NCBI GenBank assembly: GCA_963700285.1
Contig: CAVOXA010000014.1
Span: 320,001 to 384,000, forward strand
Direction: 5' to 3'
From: an uncultured Chloroflexia bacterium
Lineage (GTDB): Bacteria; Chloroflexota; Anaerolineae; JAAYZQ01
DNA length: 64,000 nt
This document shows positions 41,307 through 51,310 of the stretch, in pieces; the stretch's first letter is position 1, and the number at the start of each line of letters is the position of its first letter. The notes beneath the pieces were generated by a model. It was given only the letters and a program-made list of their open reading frames with translations, was not told the DNA's origin and made no database searches. The position numbers and the translations under genes are program-made.

Positions 41307-44063
41307 ATGATGCAATGCCCTCGCTGCGGGCACGACAACCGAATCGGCGCGGACTTTTGCGCCCAATGCGGCGCCTCGCTGGCCTACCTGCAGGGCCAAG
41401 TGCGGCTGCAGCCAGGCCAGTCGCTGAAAGGCGGCGCCTACGAGGTCGCACAGGCCCTGACCCAGGGCGGCATGGGCGCTCTGTACCTGGTCAAGGACAG
41501 GGAAGCCTTTGAAAGGCCGCGCGTCCTGAAAGAGATGCTGGATTATGTCGATCCAGCCGACTATCCCGACCGGTCCACCTACGAGCAGGCCGTCCAGCGG
41601 GCCAACGAGCGTTTTGAGGAAGAGGCTCGCATCCTGGCCAGCCTCCACCACGCCGGGATCCCGGCCATCATCACCTACTTTACCGAGTCGGGGCGCAACT
41701 ATATCGTCATGGAGTATGTGGAAGGCGATGATCTAAACGAGGGCCTGACCCACATCGATGGCCAGGGCCAACTCGTTCCAGGCGAGCCCTATGCTATCAA
41801 GGATGTGGTACGCTGGGGCATCCAGGCCTGCCAGATCCTGGAGTACCTGGAAAGTCGACAGCCTACCCCCGTCATCCACCATGACATCAAACCGGCCAAC
41901 CTTGTCCTGGACCAACACACAGGCGACATCCGTCTGGTGGACTTTGGTACAGCTCAGACGCGCTTTGTGAGCGATCTGGACCCACAAGTCGCCCTGAAAA
42001 AGGCCAGCGTTTTTGGCACCATGGGCTACGCTCCGCCGGAGCAGTACCAGGGCAAGTCGGTGCCCAAGTCGGACGTCTATGCGCTGGCGGCGACGATGTA
42101 TCATCTGCTGACAGACGACGACCCCCAGAACCATCCCATGTCCTTTCCCTGGCCGTCCTCGCTGGGCAGTTCGCTGGCGCGGGTCCTGGCCAAAGCTGTG
42201 GAACCCGATCCTCAGAAGCGCAGCACGGCGGCTCAGTTCCGTCAGGGCCTGGAACTGGGTCTGAAGGAACCTGGAACCAGGACACCCAAAGACAAGGCTG
42301 GCGACTATCGCGTGGTCCTGGCCTACGTTCCCGACCAGATGATCGAACAGACGGTTGAAACTCTGCAGATCGAGCTGTCCATGACTGAAGAAGAAGCCAC
42401 GATGAAAACCCTCTCTGCGCCCACGACAGTGCTGAACAGTACCTCGTACAATGCTTCGCAGACGGTCGTCTCCCAGCTCCAGGCGGCGGGTCTGGGAGCC
42501 AAGTTGGTGGAGGTGGACGAAGGTTACTCGCGTTCGCTGGGACCGGGCACTCTGCGCCAGTACCTGACAAACCGCGGAGAGGTTAAAAAACTGGTATCCA
42601 CCAGGTTGAGCAAAGACCGGCACTGCCACTGCTACGTATGTGGCCACGACTGGACCGCACCCAGGACGCGGGGCCGCCGCCCTCCCTCCGAGTGTCCCCA
42701 GTGTCACTCCAATCAGTGGAATCTGCGCCGGGTTCTCAAGTGCCGCGTCTGCGGCCACGAGTTCGCCCACGCCGACCACGAGCTGCCGGCCAAGCAGCTC
42801 TTTCCCGCCTGCCCTGCCTGCGGCACCCTGGACTGGTTGTCCCGCGACGAGCCAGTACTCCAGATCAAAAACAGCACGCAAAATCTCGGCACGGTACGCT
42901 TGGGCCAACCCAGGTCGGTGGCCGTCACGATCAAGAACCGGGGCAAGGGCGTCCTACGCGGGATCATCCGCGGCCGGGAACCCTGGCTGCAGGCCAGCAG
43001 GAGCTTTAGTGGCGAGACAAAGCTCACCATCCCCATTGATACGTCGCTCTTGAAAGGCGAGCAGCGCTACCAGGGCATGCTGGACGTCCTGAGCAACGGC
43101 GGCGCCCAGCGGATCCAGGTGGAATTCCTGGCACAGACACCAGAGAGGGTCCGAGTCTCACCCGCCGCCCTGGACTTTGGACAAGTAGACGCCCAACCGG
43201 GGTTCTACACATTGCAGGTGACAAACAGTGGTGGAGGCAGGCTTCAGGGCACAGTCACAGCCAGCCAGCCCTGGCTCAAACTCTCCAGCAATGCAATCTC
43301 GGGCAATGCCGTCAAGCTGGCCGTCGTGGCCCGGCCGCTCGAGATGCCGGCCGGGCAGACCGCGAGCGCTGCCATTCGGGTGGCCACCAATGGCGGGGAG
43401 GTGACCATCCCCGTACAGGCTCGGGCCCTGCCAGCCAAGCTTGGGCTATCGCCGCAATCCCTGGAGTTTAGGGAAGTGCAGCCCGGAGAGAAGCGAAGCC
43501 TGGTAGTCAAACTGGAAAACCGAGGGGCGGGTCTACTCGAAGGCCGGCTCACGTCCTGGCCAGAATGGCTCCGCCCGAGCAAAGACCGCTGGTCAAGCAA
43601 CGCCTTTGACCTGGCCGTGGAGCTTGACAGCCGGCCTCTGGCCGATGGCGTGGATCGGAAGGGAGTCATCCGCTTCACCTCCAACGGGGGCGACGTCGAC
43701 CTGCCTGTGCGGGCCACCGCCCTGGGACCCACGCTGACGGTACAGCCCTCAGCCGTCTACCTGGGCACGGTGGCAGCCGGATCACGGCGGAGAGTCAAGC
43801 TACGCCTGACCAACACCGGCAGCGGCGCGCTGACCGGTACCGCCCAAAGTACTTCAGCCTGGCTGCACCTGGAGTCGAACCGGTTCTCCGGCAAGCGTGC
43901 CACCCTCAGCGCCCGGCTCCAGACCAAAGGTCTCGCACCAGGAAGCTACAGCGGAAGCATCGAGATAGAAAGCAACGGGGGACAGACCTCGGTGGTGGTC
44001 CAGATGCAGGTCGCCGACCCAACCGGTCCGCACGCCAGGATCACAAGCTTACTGGGCCGTTAG
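41307..44063 (+). CDS. Ser/Thr protein kinase with zinc ribbons, an L7/L12-CTD-like domain and tandem Ig-like (BACON/ASH-type) repeats
   Basis: CPRCG..FCAQCG, GGMGALY, VLKEM, HHDIKPANL, DFG, GTMGYAPPEQ, two CxxCGH..CPxC ribbons, about four repeats ending (S/T)NGG. TGGTATAAT at about 41226 supports this start. Confidence 0.88.
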   Translation: MMQCPRCGHDNRIGADFCAQCGASLAYLQGQVRLQPGQSLKGGAYEVAQALTQGGMGALYLVKDREAFERPRVLKEMLDYVDPADYPDRSTYEQAVQRANERFEEEARILASLHHAGIPAIITYFTESGRNYIVMEYVEGDDLNEGLTHIDGQGQLVPGEPYAIKDVVRWGIQACQILEYLESRQPTPVIHHDIKPANLVLDQHTGDIRLVDFGTAQTRFVSDLDPQVALKKASVFGTMGYAPPEQYQGKSVPKSDVYALAATMYHLLTDDDPQNHPMSFPWPSSLGSSLARVLAKAVEPDPQKRSTAAQFRQGLELGLKEPGTRTPKDKAGDYRVVLAYVPDQMIEQTVETLQIELSMTEEEATMKTLSAPTTVLNSTSYNASQTVVSQLQAAGLGAKLVEVDEGYSRSLGPGTLRQYLTNRGEVKKLVSTRLSKDRHCHCYVCGHDWTAPRTRGRRPPSECPQCHSNQWNLRRVLKCRVCGHEFAHADHELPAKQLFPACPACGTLDWLSRDEPVLQIKNSTQNLGTVRLGQPRSVAVTIKNRGKGVLRGIIRGREPWLQASRSFSGETKLTIPIDTSLLKGEQRYQGMLDVLSNGGAQRIQVEFLAQTPERVRVSPAALDFGQVDAQPGFYTLQVTNSGGGRLQGTVTASQPWLKLSSNAISGNAVKLAVVARPLEMPAGQTASAAIRVATNGGEVTIPVQARALPAKLGLSPQSLEFREVQPGEKRSLVVKLENRGAGLLEGRLTSWPEWLRPSKDRWSSNAFDLAVELDSRPLADGVDRKGVIRFTSNGGDVDLPVRATALGPTLTVQPSAVYLGTVAAGSRRRVKLRLTNTGSGALTGTAQSTSAWLHLESNRFSGKRATLSARLQTKGLAPGSYSGSIEIESNGGQTSVVVQMQVADPTGPHARITSLLGR

Positions 44064-44304
44064 GCCCAGAGGCGTGGCGGTCAGATCTCGGGCAGCAGCT
44101 CGGAGATCTGGCCAGGACAGACAAGTTGCCATTTACTCAAAGATCCAAATGGCGTTACAATGGTAGCGTTCCGGCTCAGTTGAGACTTGGATTCTGTGCT
44201 GTCTTTTCTAGAGATCCTCACGCTTGAGTCCCGTGGAAACCCCCATTGCCTGGTTGTGAGATAATCGGAGGAGAACAATAAAGATCGACTATTCCCGCGA
44301 GAAC

Positions 44305-45120
44305 GTGATGACCCTGGACCCGACGACGCTGCGGGCCATGATCGTTGAGCGCACCCACCACACGGTCGAGATCCAGCTCTGCGATGCGCTGGCCAAGGGT
44401 GAAGCCATGTCTCCGAAGCGGGGCGACAACGTGCGTGAACTGCTGTCCATGTGGCAGGAACGCGGCCTGCCGGTGGATCCGGACGCCCCTGACTGGGCCT
44501 GGGTACATGCCCTGCTGGACATGGCGGAGCGGTTGGGCCAGGGTGAAGCGGTGACGCTGTCCGATTTTGCCTGGCAGCCCTTCGACGAGAGCAGACGGGA
44601 GGTTTGCGCCCAGCTCATCCACCAGCGGCGTTCGGTGCGGCACTGGACCCATGAGCGGGTGCCGGATGGGATGATCGACGAGATCATGCAGGCTGGATTG
44701 TGGGCACCCCACGGCTGCAACCTCTGCTCGTTGCGCTTCCTAGTAATCCGCGAAGAGAATGCGCCCGGGCTCTTTCGGGGAAGCGACATTCCGGGCGGTC
44801 CGGTGCATATCGTCGCCTGCCAGGATCGCCGTGCCTACTATGCCCAGCCAGGCTACGTGGCCCATCCGGATATGCTGGAGCGTAACCGTCTGCTAGACTG
44901 CGGCGCCGCCATGCAGAATATGGTGCTCATGGCCCATGCCCTGGGGCTTGGCGCCTGCTGGCTCACCTTCCGTCTCGACATGGTACAGCGACTCTGCGAG
45001 CATTTTGAGCTGGATGATGAGATAGAGATAGTGACCTACCTGGACATCGGCTTTCCCGCCGAGACGCCGATGCCCCCAGGCCGGATGGCCTTGGCGGAGA
45101 CCGTTATCGCCCGGGTATAG
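44305..45120 (+). CDS. Nitroreductase family protein with an N-terminal extension
   Basis: RRSVRHW, WAPHGCN, DCGAAMQNMVLMAHALGLGACW. The real start may be at 44278. Confidence 0.85.
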   Translation: MMTLDPTTLRAMIVERTHHTVEIQLCDALAKGEAMSPKRGDNVRELLSMWQERGLPVDPDAPDWAWVHALLDMAERLGQGEAVTLSDFAWQPFDESRREVCAQLIHQRRSVRHWTHERVPDGMIDEIMQAGLWAPHGCNLCSLRFLVIREENAPGLFRGSDIPGGPVHIVACQDRRAYYAQPGYVAHPDMLERNRLLDCGAAMQNMVLMAHALGLGACWLTFRLDMVQRLCEHFELDDEIEIVTYLDIGFPAETPMPPGRMALAETVIARV

Positions 45121-45134
45121 ATGGGGGGCATGCC

Positions 45135-46238
45135 ATGGGTAGATGGTCGAGAACTAGCAGGCACATTCCGGCCAGACCTGGTTGGGCTGTGTTCCTGTTG
45201 CTCGTCGCACCGCTACTCTCCTGCACACCGCTAGTCGCCAGCCAGAGGATCAGGGATCGTGTCCCGCAGGTGGACACTCATCTGGACCGGCTGGCCCAGC
45301 AGGGACAGTTCAGCGGCTCCGTCCTCGTGGCCCAGGGCGGAGAGATCCTCCTCAGCAAGGGCTATGGCTGGGCCGACAAGGAGAACAGCGTGGCCAACAG
45401 CCCACAGACCAAGTTCCGCATCCACTGGCTCACGATGCCCTTCACAGCCACGGCCATCCTCATGCTGCAGGCGCGGGGGCAACTGGACGTCCTGGACCCC
45501 ATCTGCGACTATGTCCCGGACTGCCCCGAGTACTGGCGAGGGATCACTATCCACCATCTTCTGACCCACACCTCGGGCCTGTCCGACTGGATCCAGCCCT
45601 GGCACGGCGAGTCTGACAGGCCGACCAACTCGCTCCAGCTCATCTCACGCTTCAAGGACAAGCCACCCTACTTTGGCCCGGGAGAGGACCTGCGGTACAG
45701 CGCCAATGGCTACCTCGTTCTGGGCCACATCATCGAGAGCGTCTCGGGAATATCGTATGAAACCTTCTTGCGTCAAGAGGTTTTCGAGCCGTTGGGTCTG
45801 GCGAATACGGGCTACGAAACCAGCAACCAGCTAGCTGTTGGTTACAAGCGCTTGGGAATCAGGGCGCCAATCCCCGACCTCCTCTTTCAGTATTCGGCCG
45901 GCGGGCTCTACTCGTCTGTGGGAGACCTCTACCGCTTTGAACGAGCGCTGCACAATGAACAACTTGTCCCCCGGGAGTATCTGAACATGATGTTCACCGG
46001 ATACGCCAGAACACCCAGCGTGGACATCGAAAAGGCCGACTATGGCTATGGCTGGTTCATCGGCCGCATGCTCGACCGTCGGGTCCTGGCCCATGGCGGT
46101 CAGATCGGAGGCTATACCTCTTTCTGGATTCATTTTACGAAGGAGCAGGTGACGATAATAGGCCTGCGCAACTATGGGCTGGATATCTACGATCGCCTGG
46201 AGATAGAGGTGGCCCAGATGCTCTTTGGCGAGGATTGA
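45135..46238 (+). CDS. Beta-lactamase/serine-hydrolase-fold lipoprotein, catalytic motif altered
   Basis: FSGSVLV, KGYG, ITIHHLLTHTSG, AGGLYSS, YGYGW, HGG. The SxxK position reads WLTM. Confidence 0.85.
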   Translation: MGRWSRTSRHIPARPGWAVFLLLVAPLLSCTPLVASQRIRDRVPQVDTHLDRLAQQGQFSGSVLVAQGGEILLSKGYGWADKENSVANSPQTKFRIHWLTMPFTATAILMLQARGQLDVLDPICDYVPDCPEYWRGITIHHLLTHTSGLSDWIQPWHGESDRPTNSLQLISRFKDKPPYFGPGEDLRYSANGYLVLGHIIESVSGISYETFLRQEVFEPLGLANTGYETSNQLAVGYKRLGIRAPIPDLLFQYSAGGLYSSVGDLYRFERALHNEQLVPREYLNMMFTGYARTPSVDIEKADYGYGWFIGRMLDRRVLAHGGQIGGYTSFWIHFTKEQVTIIGLRNYGLDIYDRLEIEVAQMLFGED

Positions 46239-46439
46239 TGCAAACGATAGTTGGTGCTCCAGACCCGATAGACTGTCCGAAGCTCTTCAGGGTTGAATCT
46301 CCTGACCACGACGGTATACTGGGGCTTCTTCGCCGGCCTATGGCCGGAAAACACTGGTTCGTGCCCAGCGGAGGCTGCAAGACAATGCGGGCTGCGGCTA
46401 ATGGCGCCGGCACAAACCAGATAGAGGAGAACGCGTTCA

Positions 46440-47123
46440 ATGTTAAGGATCATGTTGATTGTTCTGGCCGTGATACTCGCCCTGGTCCTGCTGTTCTGGT
46501 TCATCGTCCTGCCCTGGAGCCACCGCCGCGGCGCTACCGATGAAGAGGTCAAAAATCCCCTGCCTGGGGATGAGTTGGTGCCGGATCCCAGGACGGGCTA
46601 CACGCAGGCCATCACCATCAACGCTCCGGCGGCCAAAGTCTGGCCCTGGCTGGCGCAGCATGGCTACATGCGGGCGGGCTTTTACAGTCACGAGTGGGTC
46701 TACCAGCTCATGGGCAGCAATGACTATTACGAAGGCACGCGGTCGGCGGATCGGATCATCCCCGAACTGCAAGACCTAAAGGTGGGGGACTCGATCAAGA
46801 TCAATGCATACTCGCCCTTCGAGGTCGTGGACCTGGAGCCGGCGCGGCTTCTGGCACTACTGGCCCGCTCCGACCTGGAAACTGGCGAGACCTTCGAGCT
46901 TTCTGGACCGGCGCCAGCCAGGTACATGAATCAGAGCTGGGTGTACCATCTGCAAGAGATCGACGAGGATAGTACTCGGCTCATCGTCCGCTGGCGCGGT
47001 GACTATAGCCCCAGCTTTGCCAACTCCTTGTTCTTTCGGATGTCGGTTGAAGCCGGGGCCGTGCTGATGCAGTACAAGATGCTCCAAGGCATCAAGGAGC
47101 GGGCGAAGGGGGAAGCACGCTGA
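46440..47123 (+). CDS. SRPBCC-like protein with an N-terminal TM helix
   Basis: GATDEEV..LPGDEL, AITINAPAAKVWPWLAQ.G..RAGFYS, KMLQGIKERA. Confidence 0.8.
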   Translation: MLRIMLIVLAVILALVLLFWFIVLPWSHRRGATDEEVKNPLPGDELVPDPRTGYTQAITINAPAAKVWPWLAQHGYMRAGFYSHEWVYQLMGSNDYYEGTRSADRIIPELQDLKVGDSIKINAYSPFEVVDLEPARLLALLARSDLETGETFELSGPAPARYMNQSWVYHLQEIDEDSTRLIVRWRGDYSPSFANSLFFRMSVEAGAVLMQYKMLQGIKERAKGEAR

Positions 47124-47155
47124 ATTCCTCTGATTCTCAGTTCGCTGTAGCTCCA

Positions 47156-48808
47156 TCATTCCGTCGGATCCAGCACGCGCCCGGCAAAGAGGATGGAGCC
47201 CGACTGAATGTCGCGAATGAAGAAAATAAAGGGCCGGTCTACCCGGACCTCCACCGGTTCTGAGGGCATGGCCGACAGGGCCATACCCACCGCCGTTGCC
47301 GCGGCCGCCTCGGTGCCCTGCTCGTCCACCGCCACGAAGGCCTTGTGGATCACGGCGCTGATGAAGAGATCGCGCTGGCCCGTCATCCCTGAAAAGTCGG
47401 CCGCGTCGGAAAAGGCCAGCGGCATGCCCATGTCCGCCAGCGTGTCCCCCAGACTGAATTCGTCGTCGAACTCGAAGCGGGGCATGGTCAGGTCAATCTG
47501 CTGGTAGCCCGAGCCGTCCAGCGCGGATTCGACGACTGAGGTGTCCAGCGCCGCCTCAAAAGTCTCGAATCCCCCCTCGTCGGGTAGCAGCATGACCATC
47601 GACAGCTCGCTCCCGCTGTAGGGTAGCTCCACAAGCTGGTAGCCATCACCCCGGGCATAACCAAAGGTATCGCTCTGGCGCATCAGCGGCACCGTCACCG
47701 GCTCACCGTCGACGGGGTAAAACGGGCCATCCGCTGTGGCCGTCTCCTGGAATGGCTTGGCCCAGGCCGCATTAAAATAGATGGCATTGGTCAGCACCAG
47801 CCGGGTGGTGGCATCCAACACACCAGGTGGGATCAGGTTCTCGATCCGGCCCTCTGTCTGCTCGCTGACCCAGTCGTTGATGGTCGACCGGGCCGCCCCA
47901 GCGCCGGCAAAGTCTACGAGCCGCATGCCGGCGCCATAGTTGCGGGCCAGCAGGTCCAGGAACTCGGGCAGGAAGGGGTAGCCCGTCTGGCCCCAGAGGG
48001 CGTTGGCGATGTTGAGGCGGAAGCCTTCCCCATCCAAACCAGCCGCCCCTTCGCCTCGCTTGGCCAGCTCTTGATCCAGGCCGTTGAAGGCCGGGTGCAG
48101 CCACTCCTGGGGCAGGCTGAAGCGCAGCGTATCGGCCATCTGGGACTCGGTCTCCCCGCGAGCACCAGCGTAGGTCATGGCCAGCGCCACAGAGATGCTG
48201 TAGGGCGAGAAGAAGAGATTGCCCTCTTCTCCACGCAGTTTCTGGTATAGGTCAAAGGCGAAGGCACTGTTGCCTGTCGCCAGCATTTGCAGGTCGCTCT
48301 CCGGCACCTGGGGCGCAGCCTCACGCTCGCCCTGGGGCGGGACAGACTCGGTCACGTTTCCCATTGCATCCACTTTTCCCTCCCACTGGAATCCCGTTGC
48401 CGGGTCGCTGACCAGGACGGTATAGACAACATATTGTGGAGCCACGACGGGCATCGATACCTGGACCGTGCCATCCCAGGTAGCGGACGTGTACTCGACT
48501 GCATGGGAACCGACCAGCTTCTCGGGGGTGACCACCTGCTCGTCCCAGTTGGGATCCCGTAGCACATCCAGTCCGTACTGCTTGTACAGGTAGGCAAGGG
48601 CGGCGTCCCGACCGCGGGCGGGATCGGGCGCATCCACCAACCCGGGAGTTGGACCGGCCGGTTCGGAGCTTGGGCCGGAACGCACCGGCGTGGCCAGTGG
48701 CAGGGTAGGCTTGGGAGTCACTACAGCCTCTCGCGCCGGGATGCATGCACTGGCAACCAGCGGGCCCACCACCAAGATCAACATCAGCCTAAGCAGTTTC
48801 CTGTTCAT
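47156..48808 (-). CDS. Serpin-family lipoprotein
   Basis: Lipobox VASAC, FFSPYSI, LTNAIYFNAAW, hinge EQGTEAAAAT, VDRPFIFFIRD. Confidence 0.93.
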   Translation of the reverse strand: MNRKLLRLMLILVVGPLVASACIPAREAVVTPKPTLPLATPVRSGPSSEPAGPTPGLVDAPDPARGRDAALAYLYKQYGLDVLRDPNWDEQVVTPEKLVGSHAVEYTSATWDGTVQVSMPVVAPQYVVYTVLVSDPATGFQWEGKVDAMGNVTESVPPQGEREAAPQVPESDLQMLATGNSAFAFDLYQKLRGEEGNLFFSPYSISVALAMTYAGARGETESQMADTLRFSLPQEWLHPAFNGLDQELAKRGEGAAGLDGEGFRLNIANALWGQTGYPFLPEFLDLLARNYGAGMRLVDFAGAGAARSTINDWVSEQTEGRIENLIPPGVLDATTRLVLTNAIYFNAAWAKPFQETATADGPFYPVDGEPVTVPLMRQSDTFGYARGDGYQLVELPYSGSELSMVMLLPDEGGFETFEAALDTSVVESALDGSGYQQIDLTMPRFEFDDEFSLGDTLADMGMPLAFSDAADFSGMTGQRDLFISAVIHKAFVAVDEQGTEAAAATAVGMALSAMPSEPVEVRVDRPFIFFIRDIQSGSILFAGRVLDPTE

Positions 48809-49226
48809 CTTCTATCTCCTCGAGTTCTCGCACCTTCGATGCCATGCATTTGGCGTCCTGCATACTAGACGCATCGGTGCCCACGTTGGTTCCCCGCGGC
48901 ACACGGCTCCCAGTGCCGCGCCTTGGGTGCTTTTCGCGCCCTTTCGTGACCTTCGCGATCCAGATGTTGCACCGCGCCCCCAGCGCGCACCTCCACGCGG
49001 TTTTGGTCTCGATGAGGTCGCCTCCAAATGTCGGGCGTACCTTGGTAAACGACCGGCCAGGCTCGATACCAAGACACTTGTACCTTTCCCGGCTTTGTGG
49101 TATCATTTACCCACATCATGCTCAACAGTCGCCTCCATGACGCCTCTGAAAAGAGGCACAAGAGAAAGGAGAATAGTCGCACAGCCGGCCGCATCCAGCA
49201 GTCACACACAAGGAAGGAGACAGATC

Positions 49227-51203
49227 ATGATCGCTCAGTCTCTCACCGTTCTCAAGAGCTTTGGTCTTGTGACGGCCCTCGTTGGCCTGGTTTTCAGCTC
49301 CCAGATCAGCGCTGCAGCCAGCGGTGGCGTGTTCAATCCCATCCAGTCCGCGCCTTCGCCCGAAGAGCCTCCCGCGGCCCAGTTGGCTGAGCCAACTGGG
49401 CCCAACACCCCGCTCATCGGCTGTGGCGAATCAGCAGGCGACTCCTGGACCAACTCAACAGACACTTTCAGCACCGTCCGAGAGTGCAGCCTCACAGTGC
49501 CCGACGATGGCCTCGTCTTCATCTCCACGGATGCCAGTGTGGCAAACAGCGGCGACGGCAGCCGCGGCGAGTTCGACGTCTCTATCGACAGCACGACCAG
49601 CGGAGTTGGCGCTCCACGTTGGGTCGACGTCCGTGACGACGGGAACGGAGGCCAGCGAATGGTCCTGGCCCGTACTGCTACTGTGCCCCTTGCTACTGGC
49701 AGCCACACCATTCGCCTGCTGGGCCGGAGCCTCTTCCCACCAGACACGGTACACCTGGAAGACTCCTCGCTGTCCGCCATCTTTGTTCCGGACTCCAGCG
49801 ATCTGTTGGTTTGTTATGACAATGCTAGTGAATGGTCAACCTCGTCCTCTACCTACGGCGGCATCCTAAAGTGCTCGCTCAAGGTTCCCGAGAATGGCTG
49901 GGCCTTTATCACCGCCGATGCCACGGTCCGGTGGCAACAACTCGACCAGGATCTGGAACTGGCCTTCGACTTTGACGATGCGACTAGCCCTGAGGGGGCT
50001 ACCCGTTTTATCGGCGCGCACACCGGCACCTGGTCCTTCTCCCCGGCTGCGCTCTCTCTCCTCAAACCCGTGAAGAAAGGTGATCGTATCTTCTATCTCG
50101 TTGGCCGGCGCGACCAGGGCGCTGGGCAGATCGACGTCTACCACCCAGCCCTCAACGTCATCTACATCCCATCGGCCAGTGCTTATGCCCTCACCTGTGG
50201 CGCATCCGATACTGATCTCTGGTCGCATACATCCAGTACCTGGAAGGAAATCGCCAAGTGCAGCCTGCCCGTTCCCACCGACGCCTGGGCTTTCGTTTCG
50301 GCCAGCAGCTCGGTGAACTATTCGGACGGCCCCTATCAGGGGGAGTTCAAGGTCAATATCGGCACCCTTGAGAGTACCTCCCGCGTGGTCAACATCTACG
50401 ACAACGATGACTTTGGCAAAGACAACACGGTGGCAGCATCGCTGCTCAAGCCCATCGAGGCCGGTACGCATAGCTTCACGTTCGAAGCGCGGCGAGCGTC
50501 AGGAACGGCAACCATGCAGCTCTACCGCCCGACACTGACAGCCATCGTGCCGCTCTCCACACTGTACGCGCCGGTCCTGAGCACGCCGGCGGATGGCGCC
50601 ACCCTCTGCTCCGGCCAGCCCACCTTCACTTGGAACGGCGTGGATGGGGCAACGTCGCACCAGATCCAGATCGACAACGATCCCACCTTCGGGTCGCCTG
50701 AGATCGACGAGACGGTTATGGGCGCGAGCTACACCGTCACTCCGGCCCAAGAGATCCTGGACGGCCGGCACCACTGGCGCGTACGGGGCCTGTCTCCGAG
50801 CCAGACAGGGCCCTGGTCGGCGGCATGGAACTTCTCGGTTGGCCCGCCGGTGGCGCCCACGCCCCAGTCGCCGGCCGATGGCGCGACGATAGAAGATACC
50901 ACGCCGGAATTCCGCTGGTCCAGCGTTCAGGGAGGCACCGAATACCGCCTTCGAGTGGGCCGCGATGCCTCATTCAGTTCTGTCGCGCTGGACGTCAACG
51001 TGGCCGGTACGTCACACACGCCGGCAGCGGTACTGGCCAATGGCACATACTGGTGGATGGTCCAGGCCCACAACACCTGCGCCTGGGGTGATTGGTCCGC
51101 AACCTGGAAGGTAACCGTCGACGAAAAGCAACACTACATTTACCTTCCGCTGCTGTCGCGAGAGTCCGCCAGGCAGTATCACTCCCGGGTTTTGTTGCGA
51201 TAG
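49227..51203 (+). CDS. Secreted protein: three beta-sandwich repeats, two FN3/Ig-like domains, C-terminal YLPLL motif
   Basis: AAGGAG RBS, signal peptide, three CSL.VP..(G/A)..F(I/V) repeats, PTFTW/PEFRW..Y.W.V domains, HYIYLPLL. Confidence 0.75.
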   Translation: MIAQSLTVLKSFGLVTALVGLVFSSQISAAASGGVFNPIQSAPSPEEPPAAQLAEPTGPNTPLIGCGESAGDSWTNSTDTFSTVRECSLTVPDDGLVFISTDASVANSGDGSRGEFDVSIDSTTSGVGAPRWVDVRDDGNGGQRMVLARTATVPLATGSHTIRLLGRSLFPPDTVHLEDSSLSAIFVPDSSDLLVCYDNASEWSTSSSTYGGILKCSLKVPENGWAFITADATVRWQQLDQDLELAFDFDDATSPEGATRFIGAHTGTWSFSPAALSLLKPVKKGDRIFYLVGRRDQGAGQIDVYHPALNVIYIPSASAYALTCGASDTDLWSHTSSTWKEIAKCSLPVPTDAWAFVSASSSVNYSDGPYQGEFKVNIGTLESTSRVVNIYDNDDFGKDNTVAASLLKPIEAGTHSFTFEARRASGTATMQLYRPTLTAIVPLSTLYAPVLSTPADGATLCSGQPTFTWNGVDGATSHQIQIDNDPTFGSPEIDETVMGASYTVTPAQEILDGRHHWRVRGLSPSQTGPWSAAWNFSVGPPVAPTPQSPADGATIEDTTPEFRWSSVQGGTEYRLRVGRDASFSSVALDVNVAGTSHTPAAVLANGTYWWMVQAHNTCAWGDWSATWKVTVDEKQHYIYLPLLSRESARQYHSRVLLR

Positions 51204-51310
51204 CGCCACCCTTGATGCTACGGGGAATGGAGAGAGCCATAGAGCAAGCAGCACAGATCGAGAGCAATTGCCAGACCTGCGGCATGCGCGCCCGGACTTA
51301 CGGAGGCACA

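Noticed and set aside
46235-46543. 102-aa ORF between the serine hydrolase and SRPBCC genes
   Set aside because: No recognisable motif, and it overlaps the next gene out of frame.
48690-49226. N-terminal extension of the 837-aa ORF
   Set aside because: It overlaps the serpin start and promoter region. The RBS and signal peptide point to 49227.
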